DNA of 62,974 nt, filler included, from Phoronis australis (taxonomy: Eukaryota > Animalia > Phoronida), in the NCBI GenBank assembly GCA_002633005.1. It is 6 parts of 6 records of this genome, joined end to end, with 100 filler letters (N's around TTAATTAATTAA, not from the genome) between each part and the next. Parts side by side here need not be neighbours in the genome. Positions count along the whole stretch, not along the records: positions 33,217 to 56,025 come from NMRA01001385.1; 5 more parts are not named here. One strand, written 5' to 3'. Position 1 is the stretch's first letter. Each line of letters begins with the position of its first letter. The notes beneath the pieces are model-generated. The model made no database searches. It had not been told where the DNA came from and was given only the letters and a program-made list of their open reading frames with translations. Positions 40,831 to 52,448 of this stretch are shown here, piece after piece. The position numbers and the translations under genes are program-made.

Positions 40831-43209
40831 TTCTGATTGTACTATTTCTTACCATTTTTAATGTTCTTTGGCTTTTATTTTAATTTGCACTTTGAAAATT
40901 TATCATGGTACTTTTTTGTTAAGCATTTCACTATTTATTAATGCACGATGTTTCTACGCATTATGTTATACAAAAATAATTAATATACACGATTGTAATT
41001 CATATAGTACATGCTTCTATATTTTGTAAATTTTACTCTTTTTTGAGGTTGAGATTCCATTTTGGATGGCCTTCAAGAGGTTATGTTTAATTTGTCTTGT
41101 CAGTGATGTTTAAATGGCATTTCCTTAGATACGTCAGTGTAATTTTCTGTATGCTTACCATAAGTTTTCCAATTGTAATAAAATTTTGCAAATTTTTATT
41201 GGTTTCTTTAATTCATATAATTATATTGACCCCACGCATTATTCAAACATGTTTGGAAACCTTGAGCTGTGAGCCATGATTTTGAGCCATGTTTGAAAAG
41301 CCTGGGTTTGGTCTGTTTTACACAAACACAAATCATTTAAATAGTGCTGCGTTGTGCTAGGCCTACTTATTTTGTATATTTTTTTCTGTATGTTTGTGAT
41401 AGTGACCTGTTCAGCAAGTGAAGTATTGTTTAACTTTACAATAGTTGTTTCTGTGATTTTATTTAGCAGAACATCACAGACAATGGCCGAACAAATACAC
41501 AACAAACTGGACATTCTGCAAACAGTTACAGTACATCATATAAAGAGACTCCTCTGACCACATTCGTGATTGTTTTCAACCCAATTTCAAATTTAAGCAA
41601 GTCAAAACTTGGAACCACAAGGTTTTTAGTTTACAAAAAAATTATGGGAAGCAAGCATTCTCAGACTGGTTACAATATGTTGTTAATACAATCAGTTTTT
41701 GTTTTAAGACTATACTGAACACAATCGGCTTTCACATAATTCCGAGCTGAAGCAGTGCTTAAAGCAGTATTTGGTTAAACATTTTCAGGGCTTTTGTAAA
41801 ATGTATGACTTTTGCTGACTTCAGTTTCGTACAAAACAATTTAATCCTTGAATTTTGGGCATATTCTTTTTAGGAAAATTGGTAACAGAAAACATGCTTT
41901 TCATGTTTGTGCAGATGGACCTTATAAACGTGGGATAGAAATGGCGGGTGGTTTTATTGATAGTGATTAATATGCATGTAATGATCTCGCTTTAACAACA
42001 TCTGCACGGAGAGATCTATTTTTTGTATTTTCAAATCTACCAACAAATTAAAGAACAACATAAAGTATACCGTGCAAAGATGCTAGGACAAGTATACAGT
42101 TGTTTTTAAAATACAGAGGACAACGTCAAAATTTGACAGTTTCGGTGCACCAGACATCTACTACATATTCATTTCTTTTTCACAAGAACACATTTCAATT
42201 GCAGCTAAATCTTAACAACAACTCAACAGGTGTTGCTCCATGCACACTGCCAAAATTGCAAAAACCTGACAGCGTAAGTCCGTTCACAAACAGTTGGTGA
42301 CTAGACGCAATGTCACATCCAATTCCGACTAAACTGCAAATAATTCTGGCAAGAACTTCATCCAAGTTTGACGGAGTCTGGGAGAGTTCCTTCGAAGTCT
42401 GTCTAGTTTGTTTTGTTGAAAACTTTGGAACATGTACCTTTAACATGCAACAGGTATTTTCTTGTATTAACCCGTTAACTGTTAATATAATTTTTCAATG
42501 AAAACACTGGGCGAGCTCTATGCCACACGTGTTGTGTAATGTATGGTTCTCATTTGAAGAACGGATTATCCCGTGAATACTAACTGCTAACCTTGGACAA
42601 ATGCAGTATTACAACATATGCTCAAATACTATATGCTGTAAAATTTCTCAATGCTTGATTTCTGTAAATTATTTAGCAAAAGTTGCTTGAGTCACAGTAA
42701 CAAGTTGAGATTTTGACACAAGTTTTTCTAAAGTTTAATTCACAAGGAAAACTTTAAAAATAACGTTTAAGCAATAAATGAAGGTTATGCGATATCCCAG
42801 ACAAATGTCCAAATTTGAATATTCTCGGAGACATCATGTCTCGGAAATTACTGATCAGATTGAAATAAAACTTTCAGATAACATACTTTATACAGTGTTC
42901 CCAACACGCTTTTAGGTATTGTTTTTGAAGTCTTTTCCATTGGAATAAGGGCATAGCCAAAATTGGGACCTTCACCGATTTCACGAAAAACTCAACTTTG
43001 CACAAAATAAAAAAGGTAACTTAGAAACAAGTATCAACGTTTATGAGATTTCCAATTAAACATTTGTATCACAGGAAAAAACGAGACTAACACCGTTTGC
43101 AATGAACGTATCTTTTGTATGGAATTTTATCAAAAATATGGTCACGTGACCCGATTAATGTTATATTGATATACGAAGTCAAAATATACAGACTTTCTAC
43201 ATTGAATCC

Positions 43210-43212
<3 letters not shown>

Positions 43213-43266
<54 letters not shown>
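43213..43266. repeat. (TA)n microsatellite
   Basis: Directly visible. Confidence 0.97.
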
Positions 43267-43269
<3 letters not shown>

Positions 43270-43327
43270 GAAAGTTGAAATCTATAGATTTGTACATATT
43301 TGGCTAAATGCACGCACATATGTGTCA

Positions 43328-43660
43328 AGCTATGGTCACAACCCGCCGTGCGTGTTTATTGTTCGTACGTTTTCTGCGGACGCCACGGGCACCACGTTTT
43401 TCTGAAAACGTGAGTAGGGAGTGGCAAGCGCAGGGAGGACGCACGTCACACGTACTGCCGTGAATCTGTAATGCGAACGCAGCTTGCACGCAGAGAAAGT
43501 TCTGCATGCACTAAAAGTGCTACGTCGTGTCTGCGTTCTCCTGCGTATTCACCAAAACGCACGGAGGCCGTACTTGCCACGTACGGATCGCCAAATTTCC
43601 CCCACGTTTTTACACGTAGACAGCACGCACTTGCACGTACGGCGGGTTGTGACCAAGGCT
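43328..43660. mobile_element. MITE with ~27-bp TIRs, PIF/Harbinger-like
   Basis: agctatggtcacaacccgccgtgcgtg pairs with cacgtacggcgggttgtgaccaaggct. Flanks are TCA/TTA (degenerate TWA TSD) and the interior is CACG/CGTG-rich. Confidence 0.75.
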
Positions 43661-44311
43661 TTAGTCAGGTCCCACATAATCTCATGTCCTGACAATGATA
43701 AATTTTGGGTCGCTCATGTTGTTTTATTACATGACTAGTGGAGCACAGCTAGAGGATTTCTGATAATCTGAAATAGAGGCCCACCACTCTGTGAAATAAG
43801 ACTTTTCATTTGTCCAGATATCAGATGTTGCTTTTGGCAGTGTGCCGAAACAGACACTGAAGAAACCACAAACCCTTCACAATGGGCGTAAACAATGTCA
43901 GTACACCAGAGCATGGAAAAAGCCTCAGTGGTGGTTTAGTAACAGAAACATACACTGATCTATTAGGCATATCAGGTCATATGGACTCGAGCGTAAAGTA
44001 TACTGCATTTTTACCTCAGATGACATTGCTCTTCCTAAGTCTACATGACCTGATATTACCCTCGAGATCGAGGTGTTTGAGGCACTTCTTACATCATTCA
44101 CCCTGATTTAAGACAAATGTGTAGATTTCATTCAACAGTAGTGTGCAAGGTGATCCATTGATAAGCAGTCCGAGGCTCAGTTACATGCAGCAACAAGAGA
44201 CGGTTATCTGAATTTTGGTAATCTGTTGGCTTACACATGGGCAGTAGCAACAGAATGTTATCATATATTCTGTGTAAGTGATCATCTGCCGTCAATGAGA
44301 CTAGAAGTGTG

Positions 44312-45373
44312 CCCTTATCAAAAAAACTTAAGGAATTTCTCATTCCGAAAGCTATTGAGAATCTCACTGGATTCCAGTTAGATTCCAGTGAGAATCTAAC
44401 TAATTAAGATGCCATTGAAATTGGTGAGAAAAAATCTCACTTTAGTGAGAATACAGTGATATTCCAGTCAGAATTCAGTGAGAATCTAACTATTTTGCAT
44501 AGCATTCCCACTCAGTGAGAATTTGTCTAACTGAAATTCTCACTGAGTAGGAATGCTATGCAAATTAGTGAAATTCTCACTGGGTGAAAATCTCACTGAG
44601 TTAGAATTTTGAGCTTAGAAATTTTGTGCGTGCATTTATAGCCACTGACTGAGTAGATGAGAGTTCAAAGCTTTGTTGGTAACCAATTTGGGAGTTTATC
44701 TTGAAGTTTGACTAAAAGAACAATTAAATTCCAAATTGTGAAATATAGCAGACTTAAACTAACAATTTTAATGCCTTTGGTGAATCAGCAAAATACTGAA
44801 AACTCAGCTGTCAACACAGAATGAAGACACCAATCAAATACTGGTTCTTCATACACTCTACTAGATGTATGAAATGTACTAACTTTAAGGTTATTAACAC
44901 ACAAATTCAGTTCAGGATCTCCATTGATTGACTTGCAGACAAACTGTTCAATAATTTCACAATATTTGTGAGAAAAACGTCAACAATCTTCAGGCTATTT
45001 CTGTAACTGCACAGGGCCATTTTTTGAATTCAGAAATCTTGTTCGACTGAAATTTCCACGGGAACAGCCAATCAGGGTGTTTGTTTATCTCAAATTCTCA
45101 CTAAATTCTCATTCTAATTTTGTAAAGTCCAAATTCTCACTCAATTCTCACTCAGAAAATTCCTTAGTCTGAAATTCTCAATGAATTCTCACTCAGAATA
45201 TTCCAAAGACCAAAATTCTCACTGGATTCACATAACATTTTCTCAGGCTATTTCTCATTGACTGCCTCAGCGGTTCAATTCCCACTGGAATCTCACTGGC
45301 ATTTCTAACTGCAATGTGTGATTTAGTAAGAATCTAATTGGAATCTCACAGAGCCTCTCGTTCTTTTTAGTAG
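44312..45373. mobile_element. Degenerate foldback/CACTA-like element with subterminal arrays of ATTCTCACT
   Basis: Many AGTGAGAAT motifs occur in the left arm (44355-44610) and AATTCTCACT motifs in the right arm (45090-45350). The terminal similarity (ccttatcaaaaaaac vs gttctttttagtag) is weak. Confidence 0.5.
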
Positions 45374-45982
45374 CTTGAACATACTCTGCCAGTGAAGGGT
45401 GAATCTCTCTCTCATCATTTACATTTTGGAACGCTGGAAGTTGCTTAGAACCAGTTCAAAATAACTAGAACATTTTAAATTCCTTTTATGCAAACATGAC
45501 AATACTACATCCAAACACTTTTCAGTTATAGATTATTCGTCGACAAACTCGACAATATAGTCGGTGGGCCAGATCTCACAGCGTTCATCCTTGTGAGTAC
45601 TTTGGGGGGGCAACCTAGTTTTTTCTATGTGGTTAGATAATATACCTATAAATCAAATTCCAAAAAGTTCCCACGTCTACACTTGCACATTTTCTTGAAA
45701 AAAGGTGTTTTTGTTGCACAAAATATGATGCACATTCCTGCCACTTGATGGCGCTTTTCTATTGAATTGACCAATCTGAGAGCCAGATTGTATTGTTGTG
45801 CTTAGTTACTTCAATATGGCTGCTCCCATGGAGTGTGATGCCTGTATAATTCAAGGTTTATCAAACAGCACAAAATTGTGATTTCAGAGCCTAAAGAAGC
45901 TTAGGAAAGCTTCCTGACGAAAGCTGATTGACTGTGGAACTCTGTAGATCAGTAGATCAAAAAGAAGAAGAGGTGTCACAAA

Positions 45983-48900
45983 TAGTCGGTGGGCCAGATT
46001 TTGTAGGGCCTCTAGAAAATGGTTTTTGTGAGTACTTTAGGGGGCAATTTTATTTTGGTGTTTTTTAATACATCTAGTAGAGTGTTTTCAAAATCTAAAA
46101 AGTTCCCACATATAAAGTTGCACATTTTTGAGAAATTTGAGTTAGAAGTTACCTAATAATCACCAAAGAGCTTAGTAAACTTATATTTGTAAAAACAACA
46201 GTTATGGTGACGTTTTTGTAAAACAAGTAATATGGTCCCATCAGTGCCATTGTATTGAACAATATTACACTCACATTACATGTTTTACTTTTGTAAATTA
46301 ACTGTAAACAGTGAAATTTAAAAAACGTAAAGAGACACCTAGTGGCAAAAATGCAAACTAAGTCTGAATGTTACTAGGAAGTTATTCTGGCATTGTCAGG
46401 CAACAAAAATAACACATAACACTTGAGACTGGGCAAAATTTGTGCCTCAATGACTAAAACATTGACTAATGGTGTAAAATACAGCTTGTTTGCATAATAC
46501 ACCAGAAATATGTTATAGTACAAAAACAATATAGTTGAATGATCTCTGTGAATGTGCACAAAGACTGTATTAAAATAGATTATTCTGACAGCGTTTATTA
46601 AGCAGTATGAGACAAATACATGACAATGATCAAAGTATGTACTTTCTATGACTTAATCAACAAATAAAATTAACTTTTTAATACAAAAAAGGAAATAACG
46701 GGGTTGGAGGTCTATTTAGGGTTGGCCTGTCAAAGAACTATCCAATGTTATGCAGTCAGTGTTGCTGATGTTACTACAGTTGTCACAGCTGCACATTTCT
46801 GTACAGTTTGACCCAGCATTGCAGCACAAACTCAGTTTCCCAGCACACATGTTCTTTTTGCACTTGCAGCGTTCATCGTTTAGTACTGTCAATGGAGATG
46901 CGGTCATTGCCATACATATTAACTGCAAAGCTCCACCGCCAAGGAGCCAACTATGGTCGATTAGAGAGGGTACAGCACTGCACACTGGTGATTAGCCCGC
47001 AGGCAATGAAGGGTCAAACACTAAGTCCTTGTTTGGAGGCGGGCACTATTTGGGCAAACGTTTGATTCAAAATATGTTACAATGGGCTGTGTTAATTAGA
47101 GTCAGCAAGTGAATTATTGAACACTAGCCTCAATTCACTTTCGTATCTCTTAGTCAGGCACAAACTACAACAGTGAGTAGCTTCAACAATATTTCTTAAG
47201 ATTGCCTGTCCAAATAACTTCATGCACACCAGCTTTCTGAAGAACAGCTTCAAAGTCTTGCTTTATTTTTGAAAGGCAAATGACATCTCCATGTGCTAGA
47301 AGCTTTGATTCAATGAACTCCAAACAAAACTGTAGAAAAACATCTCTGAAAACTGGGGATTCGTCACTCTCCACAATCTTTGTCTTTCTCTTTTTTACAG
47401 CATGATGATCTGTGGTACTTGGCTTCTAAGACACAAGGTCTTTATCTTTGAATTTCATTTGCATATTCAGGGCTCTGGACTGAGCTGTTGCTTGCGATAC
47501 AAGTCCAACTGAAAAAAACCCGAACTGTTAACACTAATTTAACATTCAACTATGAGTGAGTTGGCATGCAACTTTTTCAGACGGACGTATCAGGAGCTGA
47601 TCCACCACCAGCCTAACAAATTTACATGCCGTTTGATCTGTAGCCTAATAATGTTGATCGTCTAATAATTAGATCAGTAGATGCAGCTGAAAATAAATCA
47701 GCTGATATACCTGTGCAGTGATTGAAATTTATTTTTTTTAAATCAGATGCTCAAACCATAGTCAATCGATTTACACTTAAGGTAATCGACGTTTGACGAA
47801 ATGGACAGTGGCTTCCATCGTCCTCAAATTTCGACGGCGACGATGGCCACTTAGGCACTTTAATTTAATTATCATTGCAGCTGCTACCTAAGTAATTAAT
47901 GTTTACAAAAAATTGAGACTACGGCAGGGGATGACGGCCACTTGGGCATGTTGTTTGCAACTATCTACTCCATTTAACCTTCTCAAAAATTTTAGACTTA
48001 AAGTGCTTTAAAATCACACCCACAGTATAACGCCATAGGATTATCCCTTAGCGCAAGCAGTGTCGATGTGGCAACTGAATGGAGTGTTCGAAAAACAGGA
48101 TTGCAGGAGTATTTGTTTAAACTGGGAACAAATGAAAACATTAACGACCTCCTCAGAGGCATCTCTCTACGCGGTACTTCTAAACTTATAGGAACATAAT
48201 TTGCCGAAAAGTATCCGGCATATGAAGTACCTATGGTATGATCATCGTCTCTACTGGGTCAGCAGTATTGTCTAAGGCCTAGGCAGCCAAGGGGCTGAAC
48301 AAGTTAAAAAACAACTGGTGATAATACTGAAACACACATGGAAAACACCAAGATGTATTTTTAAAAAACACGTACCTGTTTTTGAAAGCTATACTTCTTT
48401 CTCTTTCTTGAAATGTGGCCCATAATGTACTTTTCCTGCTAACAAATGATGCACTCATGTTTCAGAATGTTCCTATCTTGTTCAGGTTAATTGGGTGTTT
48501 CAGATTTTGGAAGTGATTGATTTTCTTGGGAAATCTTGGATAACATCTGTATCACTTTCAGCAACTTCAGCTTTAGTACTACTGTTGGTGCCTTGAAACG
48601 TTGCTATGCCGTTCTATGTCCTTTCAATTTTCTGGTCTGACACTTGGTATTCTAGTCTATAGCACTCAGCAGTATACTGTGTAGGCTACCAGGGCATGCA
48701 GCTGTTTTCTGCACAAACGTTTGTGACACCTCTTCTTCTTTTTGATCTACTGATCTACAGAGTTCCACAGTCAATCAGCTTTCGTCAGGAAGCTTTCCTA
48801 AGCTTCTTTAGGCTCTGACATCACAATTTTGTGCTGTTTGATAAACCTTGAATTATACAGGCATCACACTCCATGGGAGCAGCCATATTGAAGTAACTAA

Positions 48901-49144
48901 GCACAACAATACAATCTGGCTCTCTGATTGGTCAATTCAATAGAAAAGCGCCATCAAGTGGCAGGAATATGCACCATATTTTGTGCAACAAAAACACCTT
49001 TTTTTAAAAAAATGTGCAAGTGTAGACGTGGGAACTTTTTGGAATTTGATTTATAGGTATATTATCTAGCCACATAGAAAAAACTAGGTTTCCCCCCCAA
49101 AGTACCCACAAGGATGAACGATATGAGATCTGGCCCACCGACTA
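45983..49144 (-). mobile_element. Inner non-autonomous Academ-like DNA transposon (3162 bp) with 3-bp TSD AAA
   Basis: Same 16-bp TIR, with AAA at 45980-45982 and 49145-49147. The empty-site sequence gtgtcacaaacgtttgtgcag is preserved in reverse inside this copy (~48709-48729). TAG...CTA termini and a 3-bp TSD fit Academ. Confidence 0.85.
46716..47450 (-). pseudogene. Academ-like transposase remnants (N-terminal AKYH..C region and C-terminal Cys-rich domain, core deleted)
   Basis: EAKYHRSSC and FLQFCLEFIESKLL at 47183-47450. PSLIDHSWLL...SPLTVL...CKCKKNMC....CCNAGSNCTEMCSCDNCSN at 46716-46985 matches the P....GW.....P......CxCKxxC...C...GLxCTxxCxCxxCxN tail of Academ transposases. Confidence 0.75.
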
Positions 49145-51487
49145 AAACGTTTGTGCAGAAAACAGCTGCATGTCCTGGTAGCCTACACAGTATACTGCTG
49201 AGTGCTGTAGACTAGAAGACCAAGTGTCAGACCAAAAATTGAAGGGACATACAACGGCATAGCAACGTTTCAAGGCACCATCAGTAGTACTAAAGCTGAA
49301 GTTGCTGAAAGTGATACAGATGTTATCCAAGATTTCCCAAGAAAATCAATTATACTTCCAAAATCTGAAACACCCAATTAACCTGAACAAGATAGGAACA
49401 TTCTGAAACATGAGTGCATCATTTGTTAGCAGGAAAAGTACATTATGGGCCACATTTCAAGAAAGAGAAAGAAGTATAGCTTTCAAAAACAGGTACGTGT
49501 TTTTTAAAAATACATCTTTGTGTTTTCCATGTGTGTTTCGGTATTATCACCAGTTGTTTTTAACTTATTCAGCCTCTTGGCTGCCTAAGCCTTAGACAAT
49601 AGTGCTGACCCAGAAGAGACGATGATCGTACCATAGGTACTTCATATGCTGGATACTTTTCGGCAAATTATGTTCCTATAAGTTTAGAAGTACCACGTAG
49701 AGAGATGCCTCTGAGGAGGTCGTTAATGTTTTCATTTGTTCCCAGTTTAAACAAATATTCCTGCAATCCTGTTTTTCGAACACTCCATTCAGTTGCCACA
49801 TCGACACTGCTTGCGCTAAGGGATAATCCTATGGCGTTATACTGTGGGTGTGATTTTAAAGCACTTTAAGTCCTAAATTTTTGAGAAGGTTAAATGGAGT
49901 AGATGGTTGCAAACAACATATGCCCAAGTGGCCGTCATCCCCTGCCGTAGTCTCAATTTTTTGTAAACATTAATTACTTAAGTAGCTGCAATGATAATTA
50001 AATTAAAGTGCNTCCCAGTTTAAACAAATACTCCTGTTTTTCGAACACGCCATTGTTCAGTTGCCACATCGACACTGCTTGCGCTCAGAGATAATCATAT
50101 GGCGTTATACTGTGAGTGTGATTTTAAAGCACTTTAAGTCAAAAATTTTTGAGAACGTTAAATAGAGTAGATGGTTGCAAACCACATGTCCAAGTGGCCG
50201 TCATCCCCTGTCATAGTCCTGGGATAGGGGGAACCTCTTCTCAATTTCTTGTAAACATTAATTACTTAGGTAGCTGCAATGATAATTAAATTAAAGTGCC
50301 TAAGTGGCCATCGTCGCCGTCATAATTTTAGAACAATGGAAACCACTGTCCATTTCGTCAAAGGTCGATTACCTTAAGTGTAAATCGATTGAGCATCTGA
50401 TTTAAAAAATTAAATTTTTAATCACTGCACTGGTATATCAGCTGATTTATTTTTAGTTGAATCAACTAATCTAATTTTTAGACGATCAATATTTTTAGGC
50501 GACAGATCAGATGTCATGTAAATTTGTTAGACTGGTGGTGGATCAGTTCCTGATAAGTCTATCTGAAAATGTTGCATGCCAACTCACTCATAGTTGAATG
50601 TTAAATTAGTGTAAACAGTTCGGGTTTTTTCAGTTGGACTTGTATCGCAAGCAACAGCTCAGTCCAGAGCCCTGAATACGCAAATGAAATTCAAAGATAA
50701 AGACCTTGTGTCTTAGACGCCAAGTACCACAGGTCATCATGCTATAAAAAATAGAAAGACAACGACTGTGAAGAGTGACGAATCCGCAGTTTCCATAGAT
50801 GTTTTTCTACAGTTTTGTTTGGAGTTCATTGAATCAAAGCTTCTAACACATGAAGATGTCATTTGCCTTTCCAAACTAAAGCAAGACTTTGAAGCTGTTC
50901 TTCAGAAAGCTGGTGTGCATGAAGTTATTTGGACAGGCAATCTTAAGAAATATTGCTGAAGCTACTCACTATTGTAGTTTNTGTTTACAATTAATCTACA
51001 ATAGTAAAACATGTAATGTGAGTTTAATATTGTTCAATACAATGGCACTGATGGGACAATATTACTTGTTTTACAAAAAAGTCACCAAAACTACAGTTGT
51101 TTTTACAAATATAAGTTTACTAAGCTCTTTGGCGATTATTAGGTAACTTCAAACTACAATTTCTCAAAAATGTGCAACTTTATATGTGGGAACTTTTTAG
51201 ATTTTGAAAACACTCTAATAAATGAATTAAAAAACACCAAAATAAAATTGCCCCCCCTAAAGTAGTCACAAAAACCATTTTCTAGAGGCCCTACAAATTC
51301 TGGCCCACCGACTACAAACTCAATTCTTCGGAATTTAGTTCTGTTATCATCAACTACACATTTTTCTCGTCTGTTAGAAGGCACGAGTAGCACGTGCTAG
51401 AAATCATAGAGTACGTCATATTCTGTATCCTCGTTCCAGCCGCCAGCCTTCAGGAAGTCACGTGAGCTGACTACCACATCAGTGCCT

Positions 51488-52448
51488 GCACGCAGAATGG
51501 TGAATGTTGGCCAAATCCCCTTTTGTCCACTGACGTCATGAGCATGCTGGCGCCCCCCAATGGAGGTTAGGAGACTTTGCACTGGTAGCCTGCCCTTGTA
51601 GAATCTGCAGTTCGTTTACACAACTGGTAACTCGACTCAGGATGATGACTGACATCATTTGTATCAAACAAAGATACTCTATACCGATACATTTGCTTGT
51701 ATGCCAGGCCACGGACAGTGCTGTTCTTGAATGGAATTATTTTCGGATTTTTAGGCAAACCTTTCGCAAATGCGACTCGCCGACTTAGAATGAACAAAAC
51801 ATACCATTTTGGTCGACATAACTTTCAATATTTTAATATGAAAAACACAATAACCGAATGCTCGGCCGCATTCAACTCACAGGCAGCAGACGTCTTATCA
51901 CTGCCGTAAATCACGAGAAGCTCAAACGTAAGTTTTACACAACCTCTGCATACTTAAGTATCGTGGCCATTCGCAGTAGGCCTCAGTACCCGCGGACGCA
52001 GGACTCAGTTCATACACTCAACCGAGCAAAATTATTTATCATGCCGCAACCTCAGAATTCACTATGTAACATACCACAAAAACATTCTTAATTCTTAGAT
52101 TTTGAGGATTGACGAAAGTCACGATACATAGAATTATCCGCAAATCTGTGACTTGTCTGATGCTACTTGGTCCGTATTGATAGACTAAATCAGTGGTTAA
52201 CTCGGTTTACGAGTTCTCATGGCCTCCACTGGGGGCGCCAGCATGCGTGTGACGTCAGTGGACAAAAGGGGATTTGGCCAACATTCACCATTCTGCNGAC
52301 TTGTCTGATGCTACTTGGTCCGTATTGATAGACTAAATCAGTGGTTAACTCGGTTTACGAGTTCTCATGGCCTCCACTGGGGGCGCCAGCATGCGTGTGA
52401 CGTCAGTGGACAAAAGGGGATTTGGCCAACATTCACCATTCTGCGTGC
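51488..52448. mobile_element. Non-autonomous element with ~80-bp TIRs
   Basis: gcacgcagaatggtgaatgttggccaaatccccttttgtccactgacgtca...gctggcgccccc..tggagg at 51488-51566 is inverted at 52370-52448. 52150-52296 is duplicated across the N at 52297. Confidence 0.75.

Larger units (their letters stand above)
45558..51314 (+). mobile_element. Outer non-autonomous Academ-like DNA transposon, interrupted by a sister copy
   Basis: Termini TAGTCGGTGGGCCAGA...TCTGGCCCACCGACTA. 45558-45982 and 49145-51314 are reverse-complement homologous to the inner copy. Transposase remnant DLVS..AKYHRSSC...FLQFCLEFIESKLL lies at ~50695-50959. Single Ns occur at 50012 and 50981, and the outer TSD is not clean. Confidence 0.8.

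Noticed and set aside
43830-43875. Hammerhead ribozyme-like CGAAAC/CTGAAGA motifs
   Set aside because: Core order and stems I/III cannot be formed.
44355-45350. CRISPR-like array
   Set aside because: The motifs are 9 bp, irregularly spaced and in both orientations. The context is eukaryotic and there are no cas genes.
52370-52390. CTCF site in the long TIR (CCACTGGGGGCGCC)
   Set aside because: Spacing is one base short of the core consensus.
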